Part shown: one piece after another, positions 55,111-64,000 of the stretch
How positions within the stretch are numbered: the first letter of the stretch is position 1
How the letters are laid out: each line of letters begins with the position of its first letter
DNA from: an uncultured Bacilli bacterium
Lineage (GTDB): Bacteria > Bacillota_I > Bacilli_A > RF39 > UBA660
NCBI GenBank assembly: GCA_934122275.1
Contig: CAKOWI010000003.1
Span: 29,952-93,951 of the forward strand
DNA length: 64,000 bases
Direction of reading: 5' to 3'
The notes under the pieces: model-generated
Told to the model about the DNA's origin: nothing
Seen by the model: only the letters and a program-made list of their open reading frames with translations
Database searches by the model: none
Made by a program: the position numbers and the translations under genes

Positions 55111-55161
55111 AACTATTACCAAATATTTTGTCAAAAAAGAAAAACAGCACTATGCTGTTTA
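55111..55161. repeat. 51-bp direct repeat, copy 2; it contains the stop codon and terminator of the cohesin-like gene
   Basis: See copy 1. On the minus strand the hairpin AAACAGCA-TAG-TGCTGTTT is followed by TTTCTTTTTT. Confidence 0.9.
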
Positions 55162-56664
55162 ATCATCTTCATCTAAAGATACCCTTTTTATTTTTTCCTT
55201 GTCATTATCAAGAATTTCTTTAGCTTTTCTTAGTTCTTCTTTCTTTTGTCTTCTTGATTTTTTTGGAACAGAAATATCTTCATCTTCTATTTTATTTATT
55301 TCTGGTTTTTCATCTATATCATCTAATTCATAATAGTAATCAGACTTTTCTTCTTTTCTTAGTTTAGATATTTTTCTTTCTAATCTCTTAATTTTCCTTT
55401 CCTTTGAAGCAAAAGACTTTATTATTTTTACTATTATAATTAGCATGCAAAGTGATAAAAATCCTAGTATTATATAGTTTCTTATTTTTATTTCTTTTTG
55501 TCTTACATTATCTAATTCATCAAAATACTTTTGAAAACTAGAATCTTTTGTGTCATATAGATAATATCCTTTATTACCATTTTCCAAGTTTTGAGCATAA
55601 ACCAAATAATAATTATAGTCACTACTATCCTTTACTTTATAACCATTAATGGTTTTATTCTCATACTTAAATGATGCTTTTTCAAAACCGTCTGGAACTT
55701 TTTCGCCATTTAATATAATTAGATTTATAGAATTACCTTTAAGTTCATTAAATTCTTCAAATGACTTATTACTTTCATTATATATGTATAATTCAATTAA
55801 TCCATCTTTATCTTTAAGTGCTAATAACGTTATTTTAGTTATTTCACTTTTGTATGCAACTACATCTTGGTCTTCATATTTTAACGTAGTTTCAGAAAAT
55901 CCTTCTGGAATATTTTCAACTTGTCCTTTTTTTCTAACAATAAAATATTCACCCTTACCAACTTTTACCTTAATAGGATCAAGTTCTTGGACCGTTAGAT
56001 TAATGGTATACGTCTTTTTTTCACCGTGTTGTGCAGTTACAACTATTTCAACTTTATTAAGACCATCTACAACGTCTATTTCACCTGCACCTGATATCTG
56101 CGCTGTTTTATCTTCTGCAGTTGCTGTGACCACAGCCTTAGTAGTATCAACTGGTAATGTTGCAGAGTACTCAGTTACATCAGGATTAAATGCTGGTGAA
56201 AGTTCAGCATTAGCTACTTGAAGACCTGATAAATTATTATTTCTACTATAACTTGCTTCTATTTCAGCTTGTGTTTTCATAATAACAGATGCAGAGCCTG
56301 ATGATGCAGAGCAAGCTTTATTTGTACTATTACTAGCTAAAGCAGTATTAACAACACTAAAATTAGCAGTTCCTGATCTTAAAGCTTTAAAGGTATAGGT
56401 ATTTGTTTTTCCATCACCTATTACACCTACTACTTTTGGATTACCACTTATTAATTGAACCTTTGAAGAATCATAGCTTAATACATAATACCATGAACCT
56501 ACATCAGATGAAACAGTTGTTGATACTTTAAATGTATTACCTACAATTACATTCCTTGTTGTTGATACACTAACAGAACATGCAGCAGATACTTTATCCA
56601 CATTTACTAATAACGTTATAAATAACAAAGAAAATCCTAGTAATATTTTTTTGATATTTTTCAT
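55159..56664 (-). CDS. Membrane-anchored surface protein: signal peptide, cohesin-like domain, cadherin-like beta-sandwich domain, C-terminal transmembrane segment and charged tail
   Basis: WYYVLSYDSSKVQLISG resembles the cohesin core. LSGLQVANAELSPAFNPDVTEYSATLP...KKTYTINL matches the cadherin-like beta-sandwich repeat. Transmembrane segment ILGFLSLCMLIIIVKII. Confidence 0.55.
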   Translation of the reverse strand: MKNIKKILLGFSLLFITLLVNVDKVSAACSVSVSTTRNVIVGNTFKVSTTVSSDVGSWYYVLSYDSSKVQLISGNPKVVGVIGDGKTNTYTFKALRSGTANFSVVNTALASNSTNKACSASSGSASVIMKTQAEIEASYSRNNNLSGLQVANAELSPAFNPDVTEYSATLPVDTTKAVVTATAEDKTAQISGAGEIDVVDGLNKVEIVVTAQHGEKKTYTINLTVQELDPIKVKVGKGEYFIVRKKGQVENIPEGFSETTLKYEDQDVVAYKSEITKITLLALKDKDGLIELYIYNESNKSFEEFNELKGNSINLIILNGEKVPDGFEKASFKYENKTINGYKVKDSSDYNYYLVYAQNLENGNKGYYLYDTKDSSFQKYFDELDNVRQKEIKIRNYIILGFLSLCMLIIIVKIIKSFASKERKIKRLERKISKLRKEEKSDYYYELDDIDEKPEINKIEDEDISVPKKSRRQKKEELRKAKEILDNDKEKIKRVSLDEDD

Positions 56665-56673
56665 TTCTACCTC

Positions 56674-58431
56674 CTACTGAGTTATACTATATTCTTGCAA
56701 TAAATATTTCTTTAATAATAATAAATCTACAACATCTACTCTTCCGTCTTTATTAATATCAGCAGCTTCCTTATTAGCACCACTTAAGGATATATCTCCT
56801 AAAATACTCTTTTTAATGTATAACAAATCCACAACCGATATATTAGAGTCACCATCTATATCACCATATATAACTGTTGAATATCTTTCTTTAGAATCTA
56901 TTTCTATTATGTCTCCTGTTGCAATTGCTCCTGATGTTTTAGAACTCCATGCACTATTTAATGATGCAACTACAGCTCCGGCATTAGTTAGTTTATCTCT
57001 TAACGTACTCATATCAGTTCCAAGGGCAATATTAGTTAAATATCCAGATGTAATTTTATATCCTGATTTTGCAATCTTTTCTTGTACAGAAACTACTGTT
57101 TCTCCCTTATTATCATCACTTTTATTTTCTGTATTATCACCATTATCAGTTTCATTACCACCTACAGTATCAGTTCTAGATACCTTATATGCATTTTTCG
57201 TCATAGAATTATATACTGGAATTTTAAATGAAAAGGCATCATTTAGTCTTCCTTTATTTAAATATGAATTATATATACTAACAGATTCTGAGGATGGAGC
57301 CATAATATTAGTCATATATTCATAAGTATAAGGTGCTGTTTTTCTACTAGACGAAACGTTAAATTTTTGGAAATATAACGTATCTTTACCATTATTAACA
57401 TAATTAGAACTTATAAACTTTGCACCACCGGTTATTGCTTTTTGTCTTGTGTTCCAGCCTTCCTTAACAGCTCTTTGTAATCCTAATATGTAGTTATTCT
57501 CACCAGAATAAGCTCCTATATTATAAAAATTATAGTATCCTTCATAGCCTGGAACTGTTCCAGATGCTGCTGATGACATTTTATATCCCATTTCTTGAAG
57601 TGCTCTTGATGCTAAATGTGTTGATGAAACACCTGATTCTTTTGCGGCTTCTATAAAGGCATTCGAATATGTCTTTGTATATCCGTCTTCAGTAAATGTA
57701 GAATCCATAAAACTACCCTTTAATATTCCATTAACAAGTGCATCTTGGTTAGCATTATATATTAAGCTTTCAAACATAAATATGTTTTTCTCAGTTAAAA
57801 AGTTTCTAGGATCAAGATAATATGCAACTGCATCAAAGCATGGTGCATACCAACTTTTTCCATCAACTATTATGCCGTTAGGATTATCCTTGTCCCTATA
57901 AAATAAAGATGGATACAAATATGATATTGCACTTTGATATTTTTGACTTTCTGCTGAAATTGAAGCATAAAAATCTAAATTAGTAAAATCTGGTTTGAAA
58001 TTCCAGTTTGGATGAATAGCATGAAGTCTTCTTAAAAAAGGTTTATAGCTATCTGGGAAACTTTTTACAGACTCTTCAAATGAACTATCATCATTATATG
58101 AATAAGTTTTTTTATTAAAACATGCAGATACAACGTAACCCGTATACTCTCTTGCAGCATAATCAAACTTAATGGCATACCAAGTAGTTTTCTTACCATT
58201 ATTATATCCTTCTTTAGAGCCTAAATAATCTACTGTTTGATTAGCATATACATAAACCTTATCATTACCATTTAATATGATGTTATTATCTGTTCCAGCA
58301 CCACTTCTTACCGGACAATCTTTCTTTGCCATACTGCTTTTTACCGTATAAATATCAAATGAAGCAGCTTTAATCTTTGGTACAAACAATACACATAAAA
58401 TAATTAATAATATAATAACCCTTTTTTTCAT
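56674..58431 (-). CDS. Secreted peptidoglycan hydrolase (GH73-like N-acetylglucosaminidase) with an N-terminal SH3-like domain and a C-terminal type I dockerin
   Basis: Signal peptide; a central region ending ...HLASRALQEMGYKMS...YNFYNIGAY (glucosaminidase-like); and C-terminal GDIDGDSNISVVDLLYIKKSIL...ADINKDGRVDVVDLLLLKKYLL, which are two dockerin Ca-binding repeats. Confidence 0.6.
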   Translation of the reverse strand: MKKRVIILLIILCVLFVPKIKAASFDIYTVKSSMAKKDCPVRSGAGTDNNIILNGNDKVYVYANQTVDYLGSKEGYNNGKKTTWYAIKFDYAAREYTGYVVSACFNKKTYSYNDDSSFEESVKSFPDSYKPFLRRLHAIHPNWNFKPDFTNLDFYASISAESQKYQSAISYLYPSLFYRDKDNPNGIIVDGKSWYAPCFDAVAYYLDPRNFLTEKNIFMFESLIYNANQDALVNGILKGSFMDSTFTEDGYTKTYSNAFIEAAKESGVSSTHLASRALQEMGYKMSSAASGTVPGYEGYYNFYNIGAYSGENNYILGLQRAVKEGWNTRQKAITGGAKFISSNYVNNGKDTLYFQKFNVSSSRKTAPYTYEYMTNIMAPSSESVSIYNSYLNKGRLNDAFSFKIPVYNSMTKNAYKVSRTDTVGGNETDNGDNTENKSDDNKGETVVSVQEKIAKSGYKITSGYLTNIALGTDMSTLRDKLTNAGAVVASLNSAWSSKTSGAIATGDIIEIDSKERYSTVIYGDIDGDSNISVVDLLYIKKSILGDISLSGANKEAADINKDGRVDVVDLLLLKKYLLQEYSITQ

Positions 58432-58599
58432 ATGCTCACCTACTATAAAGATTATATCATAAATAATAGATTTTTGTATATATTAATGTTATTTTGTCAA
58501 TATATGTAAATACTATAAAATAAGAAATAGTAGTTTTATCACATAATTTGTATTTTATTACTATTTATTGTATAATTTAGGAAGTTATGAGGTGATTAT

Positions 58600-60225
58600 T
58601 TGAAAAATAAGAACAAAAAGAAAATAAAAAAAGGAGCATTATTTTTACTTCCTCTATTAATTATATATTACATTTCAAGTATATATTTTTCATGCGAAAT
58701 ATTTTATTACAATTCTACCTTAAGTGTAGTTACTTATTTAGTATATGGTGCATTATTCTTAACTTGCTTACTGATGGTTATTTTTACCGTTAGTGTATTT
58801 AAAAGCATAAAGAAAAATAAGACCAAAAAATACGTAATATTATCAATAATATTAATAGTTATAATATGTATCCAAGTGTTTGTTACTTTTAATTTAAACA
58901 AAGTAAGTAGTTCAATAAAAAAAGTCACAAATAATTTTGATACATATGAAACAAGCCTAATAGTTATGAATAGCTCTAATTATAATAGCACTAATGATTT
59001 AAATCAGGAAAAAATTGGAATAATAAGTGATACAGAGAATATTGAAGGATATGTAATTGCAAAAGAAATTGTTGATGATGAAAAAATAAATACAAAAAAC
59101 TTAGAATATTATGATGACTTTCCTACTATGTTAAGTGATTTATATAATGGTAATATAAAAGCTGCCTTTGTAAGTAGTAACTATGCATCTATGTTTTCAA
59201 ATTTAAATGATTTTGAAGATATAAATAGTAAAGTAAAATCTATAAAAAAGAAAACTAAAGTAGTAAAAAAGAAAAAGAATACTACAAAAAAAACATTAAC
59301 AGAACCATTTACAGTACTTATATTAGGAGTTGATAGTGAATCTGGCTCGCTTTCTAAATCATCTTCTTTAAATGGTGATACTATAATGCTAATAACTTTT
59401 AATCCTAAAACATCTAATGCAACTATATTAAGTATTCCAAGAGATACTTATACACAAATAACTTGTAATAAGAATAGATTAAATAAAATAAATTCTGCAG
59501 CTTATAGTGGAACAGACTGTATGATTAATACTGTAAAAAAACTAACTGGTATTGATATAGACTATTGGGTAAAAATAAACTTTGCAGGTGCTGTCTCATT
59601 AGTTGATGCACTAGGTGGTGTTGATATAGATGTTCCTTATTCATTCTGTGAACAAGATAGTAAAAGAAGATTTGGAAAATACACTATATATATAGAAAAA
59701 GGAAGACAAACTTTAAATGGTGAACAAGCTTTAGCTTTTGCTAGAAATAGACACACCTGGCCACAATACTGTGGAAAAAAATATTCTAATTATGTAAGTA
59801 ATGATTTTATAAGAGGTCAAAACCAGCAACAAATAGTTAATGCTTGCTTAAATAAATTAAAGAACATCAATAAGTTTTCACAAGTATATAGTTTACTTGA
59901 TGTAGTTGGAGATAATATTGATACTAATATTGAAAAAGATACTATGATAACTGGATTTGATACTTTTACTACCCTACTTAAAAATTCAAAAAATATAAAC
60001 AGTGAAGACTTTATTGGAACACAAAGATTATATTTAAGTGGTTACGATAGCTATATAAATAAGATTTATTATTTTAAATATTCAGAACAAAGTTTAAAAG
60101 AAATAACTGATGCTATGAAAATAAACTTAGGAATTAAAGAACCAAAACTATATAAAGATTTTGAATTTTCAATTAACAGTCCTTATGAGGATAAACAAAT
60201 TGGTAAAGGAACATATAAATACTAA
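58600..60225 (+). CDS. LytR-CpsA-Psr (LCP) family protein
   Basis: N-terminal transmembrane segments and the LCP core FTVLILGVDS...GDTIMLITFNP...ILSIPRDTY...ALAFARNRH. TTG start after a GAGGTGA RBS. Confidence 0.8.
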   Translation: MKNKNKKKIKKGALFLLPLLIIYYISSIYFSCEIFYYNSTLSVVTYLVYGALFLTCLLMVIFTVSVFKSIKKNKTKKYVILSIILIVIICIQVFVTFNLNKVSSSIKKVTNNFDTYETSLIVMNSSNYNSTNDLNQEKIGIISDTENIEGYVIAKEIVDDEKINTKNLEYYDDFPTMLSDLYNGNIKAAFVSSNYASMFSNLNDFEDINSKVKSIKKKTKVVKKKKNTTKKTLTEPFTVLILGVDSESGSLSKSSSLNGDTIMLITFNPKTSNATILSIPRDTYTQITCNKNRLNKINSAAYSGTDCMINTVKKLTGIDIDYWVKINFAGAVSLVDALGGVDIDVPYSFCEQDSKRRFGKYTIYIEKGRQTLNGEQALAFARNRHTWPQYCGKKYSNYVSNDFIRGQNQQQIVNACLNKLKNINKFSQVYSLLDVVGDNIDTNIEKDTMITGFDTFTTLLKNSKNINSEDFIGTQRLYLSGYDSYINKIYYFKYSEQSLKEITDAMKINLGIKEPKLYKDFEFSINSPYEDKQIGKGTYKY

Positions 60226-60256
60226 CAAAAAAATAGGTTTTTGATAAACCTATTTT

Positions 60257-60919
60257 TTAATCCATTTCTACTATATAAAGTTTATTTTCTTTTTCTATAA
60301 TTATTATGTTAGCTTCTTTTTCATATCCTAAATCTTCACTATAATCCCAAGTAATATTAACTTTATATGCATCTATTGTAGTACCCTTTTTAGATGTTAT
60401 TGTTTTATATCTTTTAGTAGTTGTTGTAGTCGTTTTATCATATATAGTAAAAGTAGTATTCTCTATGGTTACATCCTTAATCTCACTAACAGTTGGTAGC
60501 GATTGTGTTCTTTTTTCAACATCACTTTCTATATATTTATATATTGTACTTCTTGCCTTTTCAATAAAATTATCTTTTATTTCAGGATATACAAACTCTG
60601 ATCCACCAACATCATTTTTGCTTTTTTTATTACTTAATGTATAAAAATCTATTATAAACAACTTAGAAATACACTTAGCATAATCTTCTTTAGAAACATC
60701 TTTTTCATTTAAAATATTTACTAACTCATCAAAGTTTTCTTTATATAATTTAGTTTCATTTTCCTTTAAGGTATATCCATAATTATCAATACTTTTAATT
60801 ACTTTAACTTCAGTATCATCTTTCTTATCATATAAATAGTTATACATAACAAATGCTACAATCCCAATTATTATTAATATAAGTAGTACTATTAATATTC
60901 TTTTTAATATCTTATTCAT
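60257..60919 (-). CDS. Hypothetical membrane-anchored protein
   Basis: ATG at 60919 after a GGAGAG RBS; a single N-terminal transmembrane segment. Confidence 0.4.
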   Translation of the reverse strand: MNKILKRILIVLLILIIIGIVAFVMYNYLYDKKDDTEVKVIKSIDNYGYTLKENETKLYKENFDELVNILNEKDVSKEDYAKCISKLFIIDFYTLSNKKSKNDVGGSEFVYPEIKDNFIEKARSTIYKYIESDVEKRTQSLPTVSEIKDVTIENTTFTIYDKTTTTTTKRYKTITSKKGTTIDAYKVNITWDYSEDLGYEKEANIIIIEKENKLYIVEMD

Positions 60920-62957
60920 TAATACTCTCCTTACTATTTTCATTTAGTAAATTATATATTATAAGCGAATCAGATACATCTAATAATTTATTGGCATACT
61001 TTTTATTCTCGTCTATCTCTCCTTCGGTTACAACACTATCTTTAATTAATAGATATTCTTCTTTTTGTGCATTGTAATACATTTTATCAGTTAACCAGTT
61101 TCCATTTGGAAATACAACTATATTTTGATCTATACTAAATATATCATGTCCTAAAGCATACTTAGTATCAAAATTAAACATATTACCAAGTGTTGGCATA
61201 ACATCATACATACCCATTACTTTGTTTATTTTCTTATTAAGTAATTTATTATTTTTACTATCTTTTGTCCAAATAATTAAAGGTACCCTTCTATTTAATT
61301 CATAATCATAATAGTCTACATTTCTATAATTTGGTGAACTACTATCTAATTGCTCACCAGTTGCTAAATCATAATTATAAAAGTATGAATACTCTTTTTT
61401 AGAAAGTTTAGCATCATGATCACCATATATTACTACAACCGTATTTTCTAGTAAACCTGCTTCATCAAGTTCAGCAAAGAATTCACCAATGGCTTGATCT
61501 GCATAATGTACAGACTTAAAGTATTTTCCTAGTTTTGTACCTTCCATATAGTCTCTTGTCTTTTCGGTAGTATTACCATTTTCATCCGTTTCTGTATACT
61601 TATAATCAACAGTATAATCATCAAATAATTCTGACTCATCAAAAGGAGTATGATTAGACAACATCAAAAGTGTTACATAAAAGTTCTGATTTTTTTGACT
61701 TATATTTTTAAGTTTCTCAGTAGATTGTTTGAAAAATGATTTATCAGATAATCCTAATCCTATTACTTCATCTATGTTATAAGAATCTTTGGCATAAAAC
61801 TTTTTATATCCTAGTGTTTTATGCATTACATTTCTATTCCAAAATGATGCATTATTAGCATGCATACTAGCAGTATAATAACCCTTATTTTGTAATATAG
61901 ATGGTATTGCATCATATGTTCTGTTCCAATAATTTACAAATACAGTACCACTAGATACTGGAAGAAGAGATGTATTAAATGTAAATTCTGAATCACTACT
62001 AGTACCCACACTAACTTGTGAATAAAAATTAGTAAAATATAATCCTTCACTGGCTATTCTATTTAAATTTGGTGTTAATTCTTGATTATTAAATGATAAA
62101 GTCATATTCTGCTGCATCATACTTTCAGCATGAATAACAATAACGTTTTTTCCTTCAAAAATGTTTGTATACCCATTACTTACTTTTGTTTCTCTTTCCT
62201 TTTCTGAATAAAAATCTCTAAACGTTTTAGATGCTTTATCATATCCAAATAAATTATTAAATTTAGGTTCTAGGCTCCTTATTAAATCATTAACTTGATA
62301 TACATATATACCAAATCTATTAACTAAGTATTCTCTATTCCATTGCTTTTTTAACCTACTATAATCAGATGGAACCATAAGTATTAAAGTAAAAATAAGA
62401 AGAGAAAATCCAAGAACTATAGTATTTAAAAATCTTTTCTTCCCCCTCTCTATTTTTTCCACATACTTATAATAATTCTTTTTTTTCAAAACACTGTGGA
62501 CAATTAATAAAACAAATGGTGGAAAGATTAAAATAACATCTTTAATGTGGATAAGTGTAGTTACAACAGAACCATCCATATCACCTAAAAATGATGCTGT
62601 GGATAACAATGAAAATGATGCAAAAGATACATAGTTTTCATAATATATTGCATTTATTACACATATAAGAGTCATAAGTAAAGTTAATCCAAATAAAGTT
62701 CTAATCTGATTTTTAGGCTTAAGTAAATATGCTAAAGAACCAAATAAAAGTATAAATACTAAATCAGATATAATAGCTTTTACGGAAAAATATGATCCCA
62801 TTGTAACTATTCTAAGTAACATCGAATTAATTAAATTTATAATTACATATGTTATAAATAGTATATTAGTTTTTATGTATAACTTTATACTAATTTCTTT
62901 TAATCTACTTTTTAATTTATTTATATATTGTAAAAAGTTTTTCTTACATTTATTCAT
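60912..62957 (-). CDS. ltaS: Lipoteichoic acid synthase family (LtaS-type sulfatase-fold) protein
   Basis: Five N-terminal transmembrane segments plus an extracellular sulfatase-like domain (VIVIHAESM...GTSSDSEF...LSNHTPF...IYGDHD). Confidence 0.75.
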   Translation of the reverse strand: MNKCKKNFLQYINKLKSRLKEISIKLYIKTNILFITYVIINLINSMLLRIVTMGSYFSVKAIISDLVFILLFGSLAYLLKPKNQIRTLFGLTLLMTLICVINAIYYENYVSFASFSLLSTASFLGDMDGSVVTTLIHIKDVILIFPPFVLLIVHSVLKKKNYYKYVEKIERGKKRFLNTIVLGFSLLIFTLILMVPSDYSRLKKQWNREYLVNRFGIYVYQVNDLIRSLEPKFNNLFGYDKASKTFRDFYSEKERETKVSNGYTNIFEGKNVIVIHAESMMQQNMTLSFNNQELTPNLNRIASEGLYFTNFYSQVSVGTSSDSEFTFNTSLLPVSSGTVFVNYWNRTYDAIPSILQNKGYYTASMHANNASFWNRNVMHKTLGYKKFYAKDSYNIDEVIGLGLSDKSFFKQSTEKLKNISQKNQNFYVTLLMLSNHTPFDESELFDDYTVDYKYTETDENGNTTEKTRDYMEGTKLGKYFKSVHYADQAIGEFFAELDEAGLLENTVVVIYGDHDAKLSKKEYSYFYNYDLATGEQLDSSSPNYRNVDYYDYELNRRVPLIIWTKDSKNNKLLNKKINKVMGMYDVMPTLGNMFNFDTKYALGHDIFSIDQNIVVFPNGNWLTDKMYYNAQKEEYLLIKDSVVTEGEIDENKKYANKLLDVSDSLIIYNLLNENSKESINE

Positions 62958-63048
62958 ATCAACACCTCTTTAAGTATTTTTTAATACTAGTAGTAGTATA
63001 ACATATATTTTATTAAACATAAAGTTTTTTATAAGTTAAAAAAGAATC

Positions 63049-63882
63049 CTAAACGGATTCTTTATTACCTTTATTTGTTAAATTATATTCATTAAATGTC
63101 ATTCCAAATACAAACACATAACATAACCAGTATATCCAAATCATAACTATTATAAGATTTGATAAATTACCATAAAACTTAGAATAATTAGCTATATTAG
63201 TTACATAAAATGAAAACATAAACGTTGAAACAACCCAAATTACAGTAGTTAACAATGCACCTTTATTTACACTTTTACTTGGAATAGCAACATTTGGTGA
63301 TATAGTGTATACAACCTTTACTACAAAAAATATCATAAAGAATACTAATGGATATTTAAGTATTTCATATATATGTACCCAAATTGGTATCATATTATCA
63401 TTTACTTTACCTAAATAATTTACTATTCTACCACCAACTGTTAATATACCAATTAATGAAATAACCAATATAACAAGTATTATAAGCATTATAATTGCCT
63501 TTACTCTTGTTCTAATAAAGTCAGTTTGTTTTCCATTATAAATTGTAGTTGATGCAACTATTATAGAATGTGTTGCTTTAGATGCTAAATAAAATGCTGT
63601 AATTATAAAGAATATATCCGCTGCTCCAACTCTTTGTTGTTCAAATATAGAAAATACGATACTAGATATACCAGTTGGCAAACAACTATCTATAACATAA
63701 CCTACCATTTCAAAACTAAATGATAATTTAGAAATTATCATAGCTAAAATACTTAAAAGCGGAACAACAGATAATATAACAAAGAATGATATTTGACCTG
63801 GTAATATAGACATAAGTGGGATATGCATTATGTCTAAGTTTTTTCTTATCATCGTCATTAACTTATTTTTTTGTTTTTCCAT
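63049..63882 (-). CDS. YihY/BrkB family membrane protein
   Basis: Six transmembrane segments and the family-typical C-terminal pattern YGNLSNLIIVMIWIYW. Confidence 0.6.
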   Translation of the reverse strand: MEKQKNKLMTMIRKNLDIMHIPLMSILPGQISFFVILSVVPLLSILAMIISKLSFSFEMVGYVIDSCLPTGISSIVFSIFEQQRVGAADIFFIITAFYLASKATHSIIVASTTIYNGKQTDFIRTRVKAIIMLIILVILVISLIGILTVGGRIVNYLGKVNDNMIPIWVHIYEILKYPLVFFMIFFVVKVVYTISPNVAIPSKSVNKGALLTTVIWVVSTFMFSFYVTNIANYSKFYGNLSNLIIVMIWIYWLCYVFVFGMTFNEYNLTNKGNKESV

Positions 63883-63889
63883 ATATACC

Positions 63890-64000
63890 CTACTTACTCT
63901 TATTTTTCATTTCCTTATTAGCTCTTATTTCAAGTACTGCTTCATTAATAGCATCATCAATTGACTTTATATCATCCAAAATCATACTATATCCTAAAGT
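63890..64000 (-). CDS. C-terminal 36 codons of an unidentified gene that runs off the right edge
   Basis: My own translation is ...TLGYSMILDDIKSIDDAINEAVLEIRANKEMKNKSK*, open to the window end. Confidence 0.3.
   Translation of the reverse strand, partial: TLGYSMILDDIKSIDDAINEAVLEIRANKEMKNKSK

Noticed and set aside
55649-57325. ORFs of 190 aa (55649-56221, plus strand) and 169 aa (56816-57325, plus strand).
   Set aside because: They are antisense to the well-supported cohesin-like and dockerin-hydrolase genes. They have Ser/Leu/Phe-rich low-complexity composition and no start context.
55159-58431. Cohesin and dockerin modules as evidence for a cellulosome.
   Set aside because: The dockerin is attached to a peptidoglycan hydrolase, and the window contains no scaffoldin with multiple cohesins and no plant-polysaccharide enzymes.

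Overview
This window is a strongly AT-rich stretch of a monoderm (Bacillota-type) chromosome using the standard code (TGA is a stop, Trp is TGG). Gene content suggests an anaerobe, possibly Erysipelotrichia- or Clostridia-like; that guess is inference only.

Most of the window is housekeeping:
- Replication and segregation: dnaE (5' part), dnaB/dnaI, scpAB, rmuC.
- Nucleotide metabolism: rpmB, and nrdDG-dut with a divergent Crp/Fnr regulator.
- A Thr T-box-controlled NUDIX/nucleotidyltransferase/thrS operon.
- Envelope: galE, murC, uppS, a glycosyltransferase (teichoic acid or cell-wall glycan) cluster, an LCP protein and LtaS.
- Two tRNAs: Met-CAU and Leu-CAA.

Four accessory or unusual regions stand out:
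1. A ~14 kb type IV secretion / conjugation-like cluster at 32458-46376. It encodes a coupling protein, two doubly anchored lipoproteins, a three-domain wall hydrolase, a split VirB4, a PrgI/VirB3-like protein, a VirB6-like polytopic protein and two pilin-like paralogues. No relaxase, recombinase or att repeats are visible, and the cluster sits between core genes. This is the best candidate for an undescribed system.
2. A ~2.9 kb island at the 3' end of tRNA-Met, bounded by a 20-bp direct repeat. Its cargo is a nonsense-riddled gene remnant, a DUF3800-like gene translationally coupled to an unknown 168-aa gene, a convergent ~72-nt sRNA candidate with a consensus promoter and terminator, and an orphan gene.
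3. A G10 tract inside the promoter spacer of a pseudopilin-leader/DUF285-LRR surface protein gene, which suggests phase variation.
4. A 1.3 kb KilA-N cassette flanked by 51-bp direct repeats, inserted beside an adjacent cohesin-like anchor protein and a dockerin-tagged glucosaminidase.

I saw no rRNA genes, CRISPR arrays, transposases or integrases. All homology calls come from motif recognition by eye and none was confirmed by a search.
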